Assembly: GCA_964016885.1 (NCBI GenBank)
Contig: OZ024747.1
Span: forward strand, 47,306,001 to 47,370,000
Origin: Eledone cirrhosa
Taxonomy: Eukaryota
Direction of reading: 5' to 3'
Length of the DNA: 64,000 nucleotides
In this document: positions 46,347 through 62,320 of the stretch, piece after piece
Layout: the number at the start of each line of letters is the position of its first letter
Position numbering within the stretch: the stretch's first letter is position 1
Position numbers and translations under genes: made by a program
The notes under the pieces: model-generated
Databases searched by the model: none
The model's input: only the letters and a program-made list of their open reading frames with translations
Told to the model about the DNA's origin: nothing

Positions 46347-46572
46347 CACAGATATGTTTGAATTATATACCTAGGTAAGGGAGCACTGATTTGATAACGA
46401 CCAGAGTCAGAAACGCTTGGAATATGCACTTTGTTGTTATTATTGCCGTTCTTAATCGAAGATAGGTATCTAGGTGAAAATACATAAACACATAGCTATA
46501 GATTGACAGGCAAACAAATATATATACATATGAGATCTAGATAGATAGACAGATAGAGATAGACAGATAGAC

Positions 46573-46635
<63 letters not shown>

Positions 46636-49600
46636 TATTTCTTTTATTTGCCACTAGGGCATCAAAAGTGGGACAAGTACAAAGGGGGGAGTTTACACAA
46701 AAAGGCGTCCTCAATAAGGAGAAGGCAATAACAAAATATAAAAATAAAATAAGATATAACAAAAAATAAAATTTTTAACAAAATCCTCAATAGAGAGGAG
46801 GCGCCTTGGGGGGTTGCACACACCCCCGAAAAAAGTGTGCAACCCTTCTCCTCAGGAGCACAGAGAAGGGGTGCTCCCTTGGTCTTTCATCTTCCTCACC
46901 TATAGTCTGATGTAGAGTGAAGGCCCATTCACACGGGCCATTCTCGCCACTTTCACCCATCTTTCATAGAAACGGCTGGGGTGCAGCACCTCTCTCTCCA
47001 TCCTGATCCTTCTTCCGAAATGATATCGGAAGAAACGGACCAGTTGTTGGCCAGAGAGAAAGGTGCCCGACCTCAGTCCTTTCAGACGCGTCCACCATAC
47101 AACCTCTTTCGCCATGGCTATTACGCACAGAAACACCGCCTCTGCTTCATCTTTGAAGGGGGGAGGCGGCTTGATCATTACAATAGACTCGGTGGTCAAC
47201 CGGATCGGTCCCACCCTTGACAGCAGTTGTTCGACATAGCCCCACAGATCGGCTACGCCCGAGCAGTGTACTAATGCGTGTGCAACGGTTTCCTCGTCGC
47301 ACACGCATCTGGGACAGATCTTTTTGGCGGGGTCCCTACCCGGGCGCCCGTGTCTGTAGAGCCTTTCTCGAACGGGTAAAGCCCCTCGGTAGCACTGCCA
47401 GGCTAGGGACTTCTGGAAGTTGTCCATAGGTCCCGGGCTGAATGTCCTACCGAACAGGCTGGCCAGTTCGTCCTCCTCCATGTCTAGGGCTTCTCCGAGG
47501 GCGTCGTCGCACCTGCTGCGTACCAGCCCTCTATAGAATGTTGCGGTGGAGTCTCCACTGATAACCAGATCCGCCTGCCAGAGGGCGGTGAGCGCCTGGG
47601 CACACTCAGTGTGCCAGGCGCCCAGTTTTCTCGGTCTTTGCTTGACCCAGGATTGCAGCTCGGTGAGTGAGACGAGTCTGGGAAAGGTTCGTCTCACAAA
47701 CGAGGCCCACACCGGTTGTCCGGTGAGGAATACGTAGAGGTGCCGTAGCCTTAATGCGTGTTTACGCATCATTAGCCACGGCATCCCCAGCCCTCCTTTC
47801 GAAGGGTGTTGACAGCAGATGGATCTCCTCACCATAGGAGCCCGCCTCTTCCAAAGGAATTGGAAGAGCGCGCGCTCCATCTTGGTGAGGGTTTCCCTTG
47901 GGCAGGGCACTACGGTCAGGCGGTAGTAGATGACGGACGCTATGTAGGTGTTCGCCACCTCCGCCCGACCTTTCAGGGATAGTTTGCAACTGGCCCACTT
48001 CTGGGTCAGTGCAAACACCCTGTTCGTAACCTCCGCCCAGTTTTTCTCCACCTGGAGGTCCGGTCCGAACCAGACCCCGAGCAACTTCACCGGGCCCTCC
48101 GTCCAGCGTCCGACGACGCTATCGGAGGGCATCGGTCTGCCCCTCCACGTGCCGAGTTGCAAACCGATCGACTTGTCCCGGTTCAGCTTAGCCCCTGTGA
48201 ACTTTTCGTACTCCTCCAGTAAGGTGCCGACCGCCTCGATTTCGGAGGCCGTCGACACCATTACTGTCACGTCATCGGCGTAGGCCGACACCGCTTTCCG
48301 CAATCCCGGTTCCAAAGGGATGCCCTGCAACAACTCCAACTTCCGCAGTAGTGGCTCGAGAGTCAACACATACAGAAGGGAGGAGAGAGGGCACCCTTGT
48401 CGGATGGACCGCGCGATTTTGAACGGCTCCGAGAGGTAGCCGTTCACCTTGACCCTAGAGCAGATGCGGCTGCTGTGCATAGCAGTGATCCAGCCCCTGA
48501 AAACGGGTCCGAAGCCTGCCGCCGCTAGCACCGCATCCAGGTAACCATGGTCGACCCTATCGAACGCCTTAGATTGATCCAAGTTGATCAGAGCCCCACC
48601 AAAGCCGGGTTCGTTCCCAACCCTCTCTATGATGTATCGCATGAGGTGGAGGTTGTCATGGATGGACCTGGACGGGATAGCGCATGTCTGCGCATCTCCC
48701 ACCAGGTTGCCCACGACAAGCGCCAACCTCTTTGCTAGCACCTTGGCCAAAATCTGTAACTCTGTATTTAGCAGTGTTATGGGCCTGAAGTTACTTATTT
48801 CGTCCCCCTTGTTCTCGTCCTTCCTCACTAGCGTGACTACGCCCTTGGTCACAGTACAGGGAATTCTCCCGTTCTGTTGCCAGTTGCAGTAGACCGCCTC
48901 GAGGAGATCGGGGAACAAGTCCGGCATAGCTAGATATAATTCGTAAGGAAGACCATCGAGACCCGGGGATTTGAGTTTGCCGCATTGGCTCAGCACGTCC
49001 TCTATCTCAGCGGCCGAAATCGGCTCCTCGCAGGACTTCGCCTCCCTGTCCGAGAGGCGCGGCAGGCCGTCGAGGTATGGACCGAAGTCCACGTTCCCAA
49101 CCGGCTCCCCGCCCCTCCCGAACAGTCGGGCAAAGTGCCTTTGAAAGGCCTCACACATCTGCTTAGGCTCAAGAATCGCCCGTCCATCCAGGTCTCGCAA
49201 AGACCGGATGGTGGATTTAGTTCCACTGTTGGCCTCTGTCACGCGGGCCCAGCTAACAGCTTTGGTCCCCTCGTTCCCTAGAGCACGTATTTTACTTCGG
49301 ACAACGCAGCCTTCGTGCTTCGCGTCGAAAAACTGGCTCAAAGCCGTTCTCGACGCTAGCACTCTGGCCACGTCGCCGCTTCTAATTGCCTCTTCTACTC
49401 TATCTATTAGCTCCCTTTCCTTCCTATTCCTATCCGCAGCTAGAACCTTACTAAATTCTATCGAGACTACTCTAATCTCTCTCTTTAGAGATACCCACCA
49501 CCTGCTGTTGACGATCGCTCCAGTCAACCGTTCCTTAACTAACGTACTAATCCGATTCCTGTAGGCTCTACTTGCCGGCAAGGACAAGTTGAGCTTCCAG

Positions 49601-50479
49601 TAACCGGGGCCCTGTCTATGAGTTCTGTCAAGGTTGACCATGCAGGTCACTAATTTGTGGTCTGAATAGCCAACCATGCGCATTTTTGGACAACTTAAAA
49701 AGTCCTTATCCTTAATTCTAACTAAGAACCTATCTAGGTACGACCTAGATGATCCGCTACGATTTGCCCAAGTCCAGGTTGGCGCAGTCGGAAAATCTAG
49801 TCGATATCTATCGGCCAGGTCAAATCGACCGATTAACCCTTTGAGGCTATTACACCCCTCTCTATCGGGGCAGGCCCCTACGTAGTCCCAGCGTGCATCT
49901 AGGATACCATTCCAGTCCCCCACTAATAGCAAGGAGCGGGACGTCCCCAGAAAAGTCTCCAGACGATGGAAGAAGTCCGGCCGCATTGACCCGAAAGGGC
50001 CGTAGGCGGCTACCAACCTAAACGCTCCGCCTTTACCACTGCCAAGGTCCAGAACCACTAGTCGACCCTCCGGGTCCAAATGTACCATCTGTGTTGCGAG
50101 ACCCAGATGTTTTTGCAGCAGAACGACAACTCCACCCCCACCTCCGGGCTGACAGAGAGATGCGTGCATCTCAAAGTCATCAAAGGTGGGGGCCAGCTGT
50201 CGCACGTTGCTGATCCGGGCCTCGCAAATAACCATCACATCTATACGTTGTGACCTGAGGTCATTTAGAAGCATTGCTTGCTTCCAAGTTGAGCCCAGGC
50301 CACGCGCATTTAAACAGCCTACTCTTAGCATAGCCATGTTGGTGGTGAAGAGAAAAGGCACTTACCTCTCTGCGTCCCGGGTATCGGGCTGCACAATTTC
50401 CATTAGGGTGGGGGATGGGTTGTTGGGTGGGGTGGTGGTTTGTGGAAGTGTGGGGGCATCAGTGTGTTGTGTGGTTGGG

Positions 50480-50481
<2 letters not shown>
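46636..50481 (-). mobile_element. Tx1-clade LINE copy A1, 5'-truncated in the end of ORF1, in (GATA)n
   Basis: Full ORF2, 265-bp 3' UTR, and (GATA)n on both sides. Confidence 0.95.
46900..50337 (-). CDS. LINE ORF2: AP endonuclease + reverse transcriptase + CCHC finger
   Basis: APE motifs CLNARG, ICEAR, AYGP, GDWN, YLDRF, SDH. RT motifs PGLDG, FRPITLLN, LDQSKAFD, RQGCPLS, YADD. Finger CPRC..H..HC. First ATG at 50337 (the track starts at an upstream GTG, 50361). Confidence 0.95.
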   Translation of the reverse strand: MAMLRVGCLNARGLGSTWKQAMLLNDLRSQRIDVMVICEARISNVRQLAPTFDDFEMHASLCQPGGGGGVVVLLQKHLGLATQMVHLDPEGRLVVLDLGSGKGGAFRLVAAYGPFGSMRPDFFHRLETFLGTSRSLLLVGDWNGILDARWDYVGACPDREGCNSLKGLIGRFDLADRYRLDFPTAPTWTWANRSGSSRSYLDRFLVRIKDKDFLSCPKMRMVGYSDHKLVTCMVNLDRTHRQGPGYWKLNLSLPASRAYRNRISTLVKERLTGAIVNSRWWVSLKREIRVVSIEFSKVLAADRNRKERELIDRVEEAIRSGDVARVLASRTALSQFFDAKHEGCVVRSKIRALGNEGTKAVSWARVTEANSGTKSTIRSLRDLDGRAILEPKQMCEAFQRHFARLFGRGGEPVGNVDFGPYLDGLPRLSDREAKSCEEPISAAEIEDVLSQCGKLKSPGLDGLPYELYLAMPDLFPDLLEAVYCNWQQNGRIPCTVTKGVVTLVRKDENKGDEISNFRPITLLNTELQILAKVLAKRLALVVGNLVGDAQTCAIPSRSIHDNLHLMRYIIERVGNEPGFGGALINLDQSKAFDRVDHGYLDAVLAAAGFGPVFRGWITAMHSSRICSRVKVNGYLSEPFKIARSIRQGCPLSSLLYVLTLEPLLRKLELLQGIPLEPGLRKAVSAYADDVTVMVSTASEIEAVGTLLEEYEKFTGAKLNRDKSIGLQLGTWRGRPMPSDSVVGRWTEGPVKLLGVWFGPDLQVEKNWAEVTNRVFALTQKWASCKLSLKGRAEVANTYIASVIYYRLTVVPCPRETLTKMERALFQFLWKRRAPMVRRSICCQHPSKGGLGMPWLMMRKHALRLRHLYVFLTGQPVWASFVRRTFPRLVSLTELQSWVKQRPRKLGAWHTECAQALTALWQADLVISGDSTATFYRGLVRSRCDDALGEALDMEEDELASLFGRTFSPGPMDNFQKSLAWQCYRGALPVRERLYRHGRPGRDPAKKICPRCVCDEETVAHALVHCSGVADLWGYVEQLLSRVGPIRLTTESIVMIKPPPPFKDEAEAVFLCVIAMAKEVVWWTRLKGLRSGTFLSGQQLVRFFRYHFGRRIRMEREVLHPSRFYERWVKVARMARVNGPSLYIRL

Positions 50482-50555
<74 letters not shown>

Positions 50556-50570
50556 TGTTTCTTTTAGATA

Positions 50571-50854
50571 AATTTCTTTATTAGCCACAAGGGCACAAAA
50601 GAAGGGTACAAATACAAATGGGGAGTTTAGATACAGGTATATGAAATTAAAACTATTAATAAAATAACAAATAACAATTGAAATCCCAAATAGGGGGGAG
50701 GCGTTACACAGAGGTTGTACACACCCCGAAAAAATGTACAACCCTCATCTCCAGGAGCACTAAGAGTGAGTGCTCTCTTCCTCTCTTCCTATTTTTCCTC
50801 AAGCTACAGGCTTATATAGAGAGAAGGCCCAACCACTCGGGCCATCTTTGCCAC
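50571..50854 (-). mobile_element. Tx1 subfamily B 3' fragment with 16-bp TSD
   Basis: Encodes VAKMARVVGPSLYISL* versus VARMARVNGPSLYIRL* in A. Diverged 3' UTR, flanked by ATGTTTCT(T/A)TTAGATA. Confidence 0.85.
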
Positions 50855-50864
50855 ATGTTTCTAT

Positions 50865-50970
<106 letters not shown>

Positions 50971-51234
50971 TGTTTCTTTTATTTGCCACTAGGGCATCAA
51001 AAGTGGGACAAGTACAAAGGGGGGAGTTTACACAAAAAGGCGTCCTCAATAAGGAGGAGGCAATAACAAAATATAAAAATAAAATAAGATATAACAAAAA
51101 ATAAAATTTTTAACAAAATCCTCAATAGAGAGGAGGCGCCTTGGGGGGTCGCACACACCCCCGAAAAAAGTGTGCAACCCTTCTCCTCAGGAGCACAGAG
51201 AAGGGGTGCTCCCTTGGTCTTTCATCTTCCTCAC

Positions 51235-54200
51235 CTATAGTCTGATGTAGAGTGAAGGCCCATTCACACGGGCCATTCTCGCCACTTTCACCCATCTTTC
51301 ATAGAAACGGCTGGGGTGCAGCACCTCTCTCTCCATCCTGATCCTTCTTCCGAAATGATATCGGAAGAAACGGACCAGTTGTTGGCCAGAGAGAAAGGTG
51401 CCTGACCTCAGTCCTTTCAGACGCGTCCACCATACAACCTCTTTCGCCATGGCTATTACGCACAGAAACACCGCCTCTGCTTCATCTTTGAAGGGGGGAG
51501 GCGGCTTGATCATTACAATAGACTCGGTGGTCAACCGGATCGGTCCCACCCTTGACACCAGTTGTTCGACATAGCCCCACAGATCGGCTACGCCCGAGCA
51601 GTGTACCAATGCGTGTGCAACGGTTTCCTCGTCGCACACGCATCTGGGACAGATCTTTTTGGCGGGGTCCCTACCCGGGCGCCCGTGTCTGTAGAGCCTT
51701 TCTCGAACGGGTAAAGCCCCTCGGTAGCACTGCCAGGCCAGGGACTTCTGGAAATTGTCCATAGGTCCTGGGCTGAATGTCCTACCGAACAGGCTGGCCA
51801 GTTCGTCCTCCTCCATGTCTAGGGCTTCTCCGAGGGCGTCGTCGCACCTGCTGCGTACCAGCCCTCTATAGAATGTTGCGGTGGAGTCTCCACTGATAAC
51901 CGGATCCGCCTGCCAGAGGGCGGTGAGCGCCTGGGCACACTCAGTGTGCCAGGCGCCCAGTTTTCTCGGTCTTTGCTTGACCCAGGATTGCAGCTCGGTG
52001 AGTGAGACGAGTCTGGGAAAGGTTCGTCTCACAAACGAGGCCCACACCGGTTGTCCGGTGAGGAATACGTAGAGGTGCCGTAGCCTTAATGCGTGTTTAC
52101 GCATCATTAGCCACGGCATCCCCAGCCCTCCTTTCGAAGGGTGTTGACAGCAGATGGATCTCCTCACCATAGGAGCCCGCCTCTTCCAAAGGAATTGGAA
52201 GAGCGCGCGCTCCATCTTGGTGAGGGTTTCCCTTGGGCAGGGCACTACGGTCAGGCGGTAGTAGATGACGGACGCTATGTAGGTGTTCGCCACTTCCGCC
52301 CGACCTTTCAGGGATAGTTTGCAACTGGCCCACTTCTGGGTCAGTGCAAACACCCTGTTCGTAACCTCCGCCCAGTTTTTCTCCACCTGGAGGTCCGGTC
52401 CGAACCAGACCCCGAGCAACTTCACCGGGCCCTCCGTCCAGCGTCCGACGACGCTATCGGAGGGCATCGGTCTGCCCCTCCACGTGCCGAGTTGCAAACC
52501 GATCGACTTGTCCCGGTTCAGCTTAGCCCCTGTGAACCTTTCGTACTCCTCCAGTAAGGTGCCGACCGCCTCGATTTCGGAGGCCGTCGACACCATTACT
52601 GTCACGTCATCGGCGTAGGCCGACACCGCTTTCCGCAATCCCGGTTCCAAGGGGATGCCCTGCAACAACTCCAACTTCCGCAGTAGTGGCTCGAGAGTCA
52701 ACACATACAGAAGGGAGGAGAGAGGGCACCCTTGTCGGATGGACCGCGCGATTTTGAACGGCTCCGAGAGGTAGCCGTTCACCTTGACCCTAGAGCAGAT
52801 GCGGCTGCTGTGCATAGCAGTGATCCAGCCCCTGAAAACGGGTCCGAAGCCTGCTGCCGCTAGCACCGCATCCAGGTAACCATGGTCGACCCTATCGAAC
52901 GCCTTAGATTGATCCAAGTTGATCAGAGCCCCACCAAAGCCGGGTTCGTTCCCAACCCTCTCTATGATGTATCGCATGAGGTGGAGGTTGTCATGGATGG
53001 ACCTGGACGGGATAGCGCATGTCTGCGCATCTCCCACCAGGTTGCCCACGACAAGCGCCAACCTCTTTGCTAGCACCTTGGCCAAAATCTGTAACTCTGT
53101 ATTTAGCAGTGTTATGGGCCTGAAGTTACTTATTTCGTCCCCCTTGTTCTCGTCCTTCCTCACTAGCGTGACTACGCCCTTGGTCACAGTACAGGGAATT
53201 CTCCCGTTCTGTTGCCAGTTGCAGTAGACCGCCTCGAGGAGATCGGGGAACAAGTCCGGCATAGCTAGATATAATTCGTAAGGAAGACCATCGAGACCCG
53301 GGGATTTGCATTTGCCGCATTGGCTCAGCACGTCCTCTATCTCAGCGGCCGAAATCGGCTCCTCGCAGGACTTCGCCTCCCTGTCCGAGAGGCGCGGCAG
53401 GGCGTCGAGGTATGGACCGAAGTCCACGTTCCCAACCGGCTCCCCGCCCCTCCCGAACAGTCGGGCAAAGTGCCTTTGAAAGGCCTCACACATCTGCTTA
53501 GGCTCAAGAATCGCCCGTCCATCCAGGTCTCGCAAAGACAGGATGGAGGATTTAGTTCCACTGTTGGCCTCTGTCACGCGGGCCCAGCTAACAGCTTTGG
53601 TCCCCTCGTTCCCTAGAGCACGTATTTTACTTCGGACAACGCAGCCTTCGTGCTTCGCGTCGAAAAACTGGCTCAAAGCCGTTCTCGACGCTAGCACTCT
53701 GGCCACGTCGCCGCTTCTAATTGCCTCTTCTACTCTATCTATTAGCTCCCTTTCCTTCCTATTCCTATCCGCAGCTAGAACCTTACTAAATTCTATCGAG
53801 ACTACTCTAATCTCTCTCTTTAGAGATACCCACCACCTGCTGTTGACGATCGCTCCAGTCAACCGTTCCTTAACTAACGTACTAATCCGATTCCTGTAGG
53901 CTCTACTTGCCGGCAAGGACAAGTTGAGCTTCCAGTAACCGGGGCCCTGTCTATGAGTTCTGTCAAGGTTGACCATGCAGGTCACTAATTTGTGGTCTGA
54001 ATAGCCAACCATGCGCATTTTTGGACAACTTAAAAAGTCCTTATCCTTAATTCTAACTAAGAACCTATCTAGGTACGACCTAGATGATCCGCTACGATTT
54101 GCCCAAGTCCAGGTTGGCGCAGTCGGAAAATCTAGTCGATATCTATCGGCCAGGTCAAATCGACCGATTAACCCTTTGAGGCTATTACACCCCTCTCTAT

Positions 54201-54672
54201 CGGGGCAGGCCCCTACGTAGTCCCAGCGTGCATCTAGGATACCATTCCAGTCCCCCACTAATAGCAAGGAGCGGGACGTCCCCAGAAAAGTCTCCAGACG
54301 ATGGAAGAAGTCCGGCCGCATTGACCCGAAAGGGCCGTAGGCGGCTACCAACCTAAACGCTCCGCCTTTACCACTGCCAAGGTCCAGAACCACTAGTCGA
54401 CCCTCCGGGTCCAAATGTACCATCTGTGTTGCGAGACCCAGATGTTTTTGCAGCAGAACGACAACTCCACCCCCACCTCCGGGCTGACAGAGAGATGCGT
54501 GCATCTCAAAGTCATCAAAGGTGGGGGCCAGCTGTCGCACGTTGCTGAACCGGGCCTCGCAAATAACCATCACATCTATACGTTGTGACCTGAGGTCATT
54601 TAGAAGCATTGCTTGCTTCAAAGTTGAGCCCAGGCCACGCGCATTTAAACAGCCTACTCTTAGCATAGCCAT
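51235..54672 (-). CDS. LINE ORF2: AP endonuclease + reverse transcriptase + CCHC finger
   Basis: Intact. About nine amino-acid differences from the A1 ORF2 by eye. First ATG at 54672. Confidence 0.95.
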   Translation of the reverse strand: MAMLRVGCLNARGLGSTLKQAMLLNDLRSQRIDVMVICEARFSNVRQLAPTFDDFEMHASLCQPGGGGGVVVLLQKHLGLATQMVHLDPEGRLVVLDLGSGKGGAFRLVAAYGPFGSMRPDFFHRLETFLGTSRSLLLVGDWNGILDARWDYVGACPDREGCNSLKGLIGRFDLADRYRLDFPTAPTWTWANRSGSSRSYLDRFLVRIKDKDFLSCPKMRMVGYSDHKLVTCMVNLDRTHRQGPGYWKLNLSLPASRAYRNRISTLVKERLTGAIVNSRWWVSLKREIRVVSIEFSKVLAADRNRKERELIDRVEEAIRSGDVARVLASRTALSQFFDAKHEGCVVRSKIRALGNEGTKAVSWARVTEANSGTKSSILSLRDLDGRAILEPKQMCEAFQRHFARLFGRGGEPVGNVDFGPYLDALPRLSDREAKSCEEPISAAEIEDVLSQCGKCKSPGLDGLPYELYLAMPDLFPDLLEAVYCNWQQNGRIPCTVTKGVVTLVRKDENKGDEISNFRPITLLNTELQILAKVLAKRLALVVGNLVGDAQTCAIPSRSIHDNLHLMRYIIERVGNEPGFGGALINLDQSKAFDRVDHGYLDAVLAAAGFGPVFRGWITAMHSSRICSRVKVNGYLSEPFKIARSIRQGCPLSSLLYVLTLEPLLRKLELLQGIPLEPGLRKAVSAYADDVTVMVSTASEIEAVGTLLEEYERFTGAKLNRDKSIGLQLGTWRGRPMPSDSVVGRWTEGPVKLLGVWFGPDLQVEKNWAEVTNRVFALTQKWASCKLSLKGRAEVANTYIASVIYYRLTVVPCPRETLTKMERALFQFLWKRRAPMVRRSICCQHPSKGGLGMPWLMMRKHALRLRHLYVFLTGQPVWASFVRRTFPRLVSLTELQSWVKQRPRKLGAWHTECAQALTALWQADPVISGDSTATFYRGLVRSRCDDALGEALDMEEDELASLFGRTFSPGPMDNFQKSLAWQCYRGALPVRERLYRHGRPGRDPAKKICPRCVCDEETVAHALVHCSGVADLWGYVEQLVSRVGPIRLTTESIVMIKPPPPFKDEAEAVFLCVIAMAKEVVWWTRLKGLRSGTFLSGQQLVRFFRYHFGRRIRMEREVLHPSRFYERWVKVARMARVNGPSLYIRL

Positions 54673-54696
54673 GTTGGTGGTGAAGAGAAAAGGCAC

Positions 54697-55893
54697 TTAC
54701 CTCTCTGCGTCCCGGGTATCGGGCTGCACAATTTCCATTAGGGTGGGGGATGGGTTGTTGGGTGGGGTGGTGGTTTGTGGAAGTGTGGGGGCATCAGTGT
54801 GTTGTGTGGTTGGGGAGCTTGGAGTTGTGTGGGTGTTTGGGGAGGGGGTGGGATAGTTTTTTAGGAGGACGCGGTTAATGGGCCCGACGCAGGGGGGGGG
54901 GGGGGCCACGTCCTCTTTAAAATTGTTTTTTAAAGTTTTATAGGTGTCCTGTGGGGCCTTAATCATTTTGAGGTGGGGGAAATCCCCTGCCTGGGTGAAG
55001 TTAGGCCCTTGTGTTTTTATTAGATTGTTGTTATACACAATGTTTAACAGTTTTTTGTTTCTTGTATTTATGTATGTGTATGCATGTTTTTGTTTTTGTG
55101 TGGTGTTTTTTGTTTGCTGTTGTGAGCTCTTTTGTGTTGGTGTCAGTGTTATGTTTTGGGGAGGGGTTTTTTTCATTTGTGTGTCTGAGGTGTGTTTTCT
55201 TTTTTTTCTTTTGATTGTGTGGAAGTGCTCCTCCTCGTCTGACGACGAACTAGGGTCATCTTCCGCGTTGGAAGGGAGGGGTATATTTTCGGGTTGTGTT
55301 TGCGGTACGGGTGTTTTGGAAATTGTTTTTGTTTTTTGAGTGGAGGGGATGGGTTGGACATTGTTTTGTTTTGGTTTGAGCTGTGGTGGTTGTTTTTGTA
55401 GTGGTAGTTGTGGTGATTGTGTTGGTTGTGCAGTTGTTGGTGGTGTAGGCAGGATTGGGGTTTTCTTATTAAGTTGGGGACAGACAGCCCTCAGGTGACC
55501 TCTGGTTCCGCAGAGGTAACACGAGGGCCGTCTACCCTCAACGGTAATGTTGATGAAGGTTAGATCATCCAGTATGACGCGTTCAGGGATCTGGGCGATC
55601 CTTTCGGGCCTCATTTGAACTACAAGTTCGAGGCTCGTTCCACTGAACGCGTCACCCGATGCCTTTCCCATGGACACCAGCATGTCATCCTCCAGGTCCA
55701 GAAAACCTGTCAAAACCCACCATATGTCCATAATCGGCAGGATGGTGTGGATTTTTATTTTTTGTGTTCTTCTACCCATGTACGTAGGGTAGAAGGTGTA
55801 TGCGGTGGATGTGATTGGTTTGATGGACAGTTTCACTGCTGTGTCCCTGTCCTTCATGAGAATGGATAGACTCCCGTAGAGTCTATCCTTCAT
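54697..55893 (-). CDS. LINE ORF1, nucleic-acid-binding protein with a CX2CX4HX4C zinc knuckle
   Basis: CYLCGTRGHLRAVC followed by a P/T/Q/K-rich tail. The frame stays open upstream to the GATA junction, so it is probably N-terminally truncated. Confidence 0.88.
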   Translation of the reverse strand: MKDRLYGSLSILMKDRDTAVKLSIKPITSTAYTFYPTYMGRRTQKIKIHTILPIMDIWWVLTGFLDLEDDMLVSMGKASGDAFSGTSLELVVQMRPERIAQIPERVILDDLTFINITVEGRRPSCYLCGTRGHLRAVCPQLNKKTPILPTPPTTAQPTQSPQLPLQKQPPQLKPKQNNVQPIPSTQKTKTISKTPVPQTQPENIPLPSNAEDDPSSSSDEEEHFHTIKRKKRKHTSDTQMKKTPPQNITLTPTQKSSQQQTKNTTQKQKHAYTYINTRNKKLLNIVYNNNLIKTQGPNFTQAGDFPHLKMIKAPQDTYKTLKNNFKEDVAPPPPCVGPINRVLLKNYPTPSPNTHTTPSSPTTQHTDAPTLPQTTTPPNNPSPTLMEIVQPDTRDAER

Positions 55894-55987
55894 GACGTCT
55901 TTTAAAACCAGCTCTATCTCGCTCTGTGATGGTTGAGCTGGTTTTTTACTTTTGTTCGAGATAGATAGATAGATAGATAGATAGATA

Positions 55988-56954
55988 TGTTTCTTTTATT
56001 TGCCACCAGGGCATCAAAAGTCGGACAAGTACAATGGGGGGAGTTTACAAAACAAGGCGTCCTCAATAAGGAGGAGGCAATAACAATATATAAAAATAAA
56101 ATAAAATATAACAAAAAATAAAATTTATAACAAAGTCCTCAATAGAGAGGAGGCGCCTTGGGGCGTCGCACACACCCCCGAAAAAAGTGGGCAACCCTTC
56201 TCCTCAGGAGCACAGAGAAGGGGTGCTCCCTTGGTCTTTCATCTTCCTCACCTATAGTCTGATGTAGAGTGAAGGCCCATTCACACGGGCCATTCTCGCC
56301 ACTTTCACCCATCTTTCATAGAAACGGCTGGGGTGCAGCACCTCTCTCTCCATCCTGATCCTTCTTCCGAAATGATATCGGAAGAAACGGACCAGTTGTT
56401 GGCCAGAGAGAAAGGTGCCCGACCTCAGTCCTTTCAGACGCGTCCACCATACAACCTCTTTCGCCATGGCTATTACGCACAGAAACACCGCCTCTGCTTC
56501 ATCTTTGAAGTGGGGAGGCGGCTTGATCATTACAATAGACTCGGTGGTCAACCGGATCGGTCCCACCCTTGACAGCAGTTGTTCGACATAGCCCCACAGA
56601 TCGGCTACGCCCGAGCAGTGTACCAATGCGTGTGCAACGGTTTCCTCGTCGCACACGCATCTGGGACAGATCTTTTTGGCGGGGTCCCTACCCGGGCGCC
56701 CGTGTCTGTAGAGCCTTTCTCGAACGGGTAAAGCTCCTCGGTAGCACTGCCAGGCCAGGGACTTCTGGAAGTTGTCCATAGGTCCCGGGCTGAATGTCCT
56801 ACCGAACAGGCCGGCCAGCTCGTCCTCCTCCATGTCTAGGGCTTCTCCGAGGGCGTCGTCGCACCTGCTGCATACCAGCCCTCTATAGAATGTTGCGGTG
56901 GAGTCTCCACTGATAACCGGATCCGCCTGCCAGAGGGCGGTGAGCGCCTGGGCA
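55988..56954 (-). mobile_element. Tx1 copy A3, 5'-truncated (~0.97 kb)
   Basis: 3' UTR plus ORF2 C-terminus (stop at 56252), flanked by GATA repeats. Confidence 0.93.
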
Positions 56955-56966
56955 GATAGATAGATA

Positions 56967-57212
56967 TGTTTCTTTTATTTGCCACTAGGGCATCAAAAGT
57001 GGGACAAGTACAAAGGGGCGAGTTTACACAAAAAGGCGTCCTCAATAAGGAGGAGGCAATAACAAAATATAAAAATAAAATAAGATATAACAAAAAATAA
57101 AATTTATAACAAAATCCTCAATAGAGAGGAGGCGCCTTGGGGGGTCGCACACACCCCCGAAAAAAGTGTGCAACCCTTCTCCTCAGGAGCACAGAGAAGG
57201 GGTGCTCCCTTG
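56967..57212 (-). mobile_element. Tx1 copy A4, 3' UTR only (~246 bp)
   Basis: Matches 50971-51216 and is followed by (GATA)n at 57213-57320. Confidence 0.92.
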
Positions 57213-57320
<108 letters not shown>

Positions 57321-57659
57321 GCTTGGGGAGAGGGTGAATGGATGGATGGATGTTGTATTTATTGTCCAAACATAGATATATATAGATATGTATCTCAGAA
57401 TTCCACTGAGTTCGATACCTCTGCACGATATCATGAGCAATTATGTTCCACAAAGATTTTGGGGTGACTCCAACGTTGTGAGCGAAATTGACTCAACTTG
57501 AAACCGTCTGATAGACTGATACACTTGTGGATAGAGATGTGTGGAATTACCTGGTTGGTAGGTTTAACATATCCGCCGATTTAAGACCATTACCTGGCCC
57601 TTGGGAGTACTTAGCGGATTGCATATCAATAAATATATTTCAGCTGTATCATTATTATA

Positions 57660-62320
<4,661 letters not shown>

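Larger units (their letters stand above)
50971..55959 (-). mobile_element. Tx1-clade LINE copy A2, near full length, in (GATA)n
   Basis: ORF1 + ORF2 + 3' UTR, with (GATA)n at 50866-50970 and 55959-55987. Confidence 0.95.
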
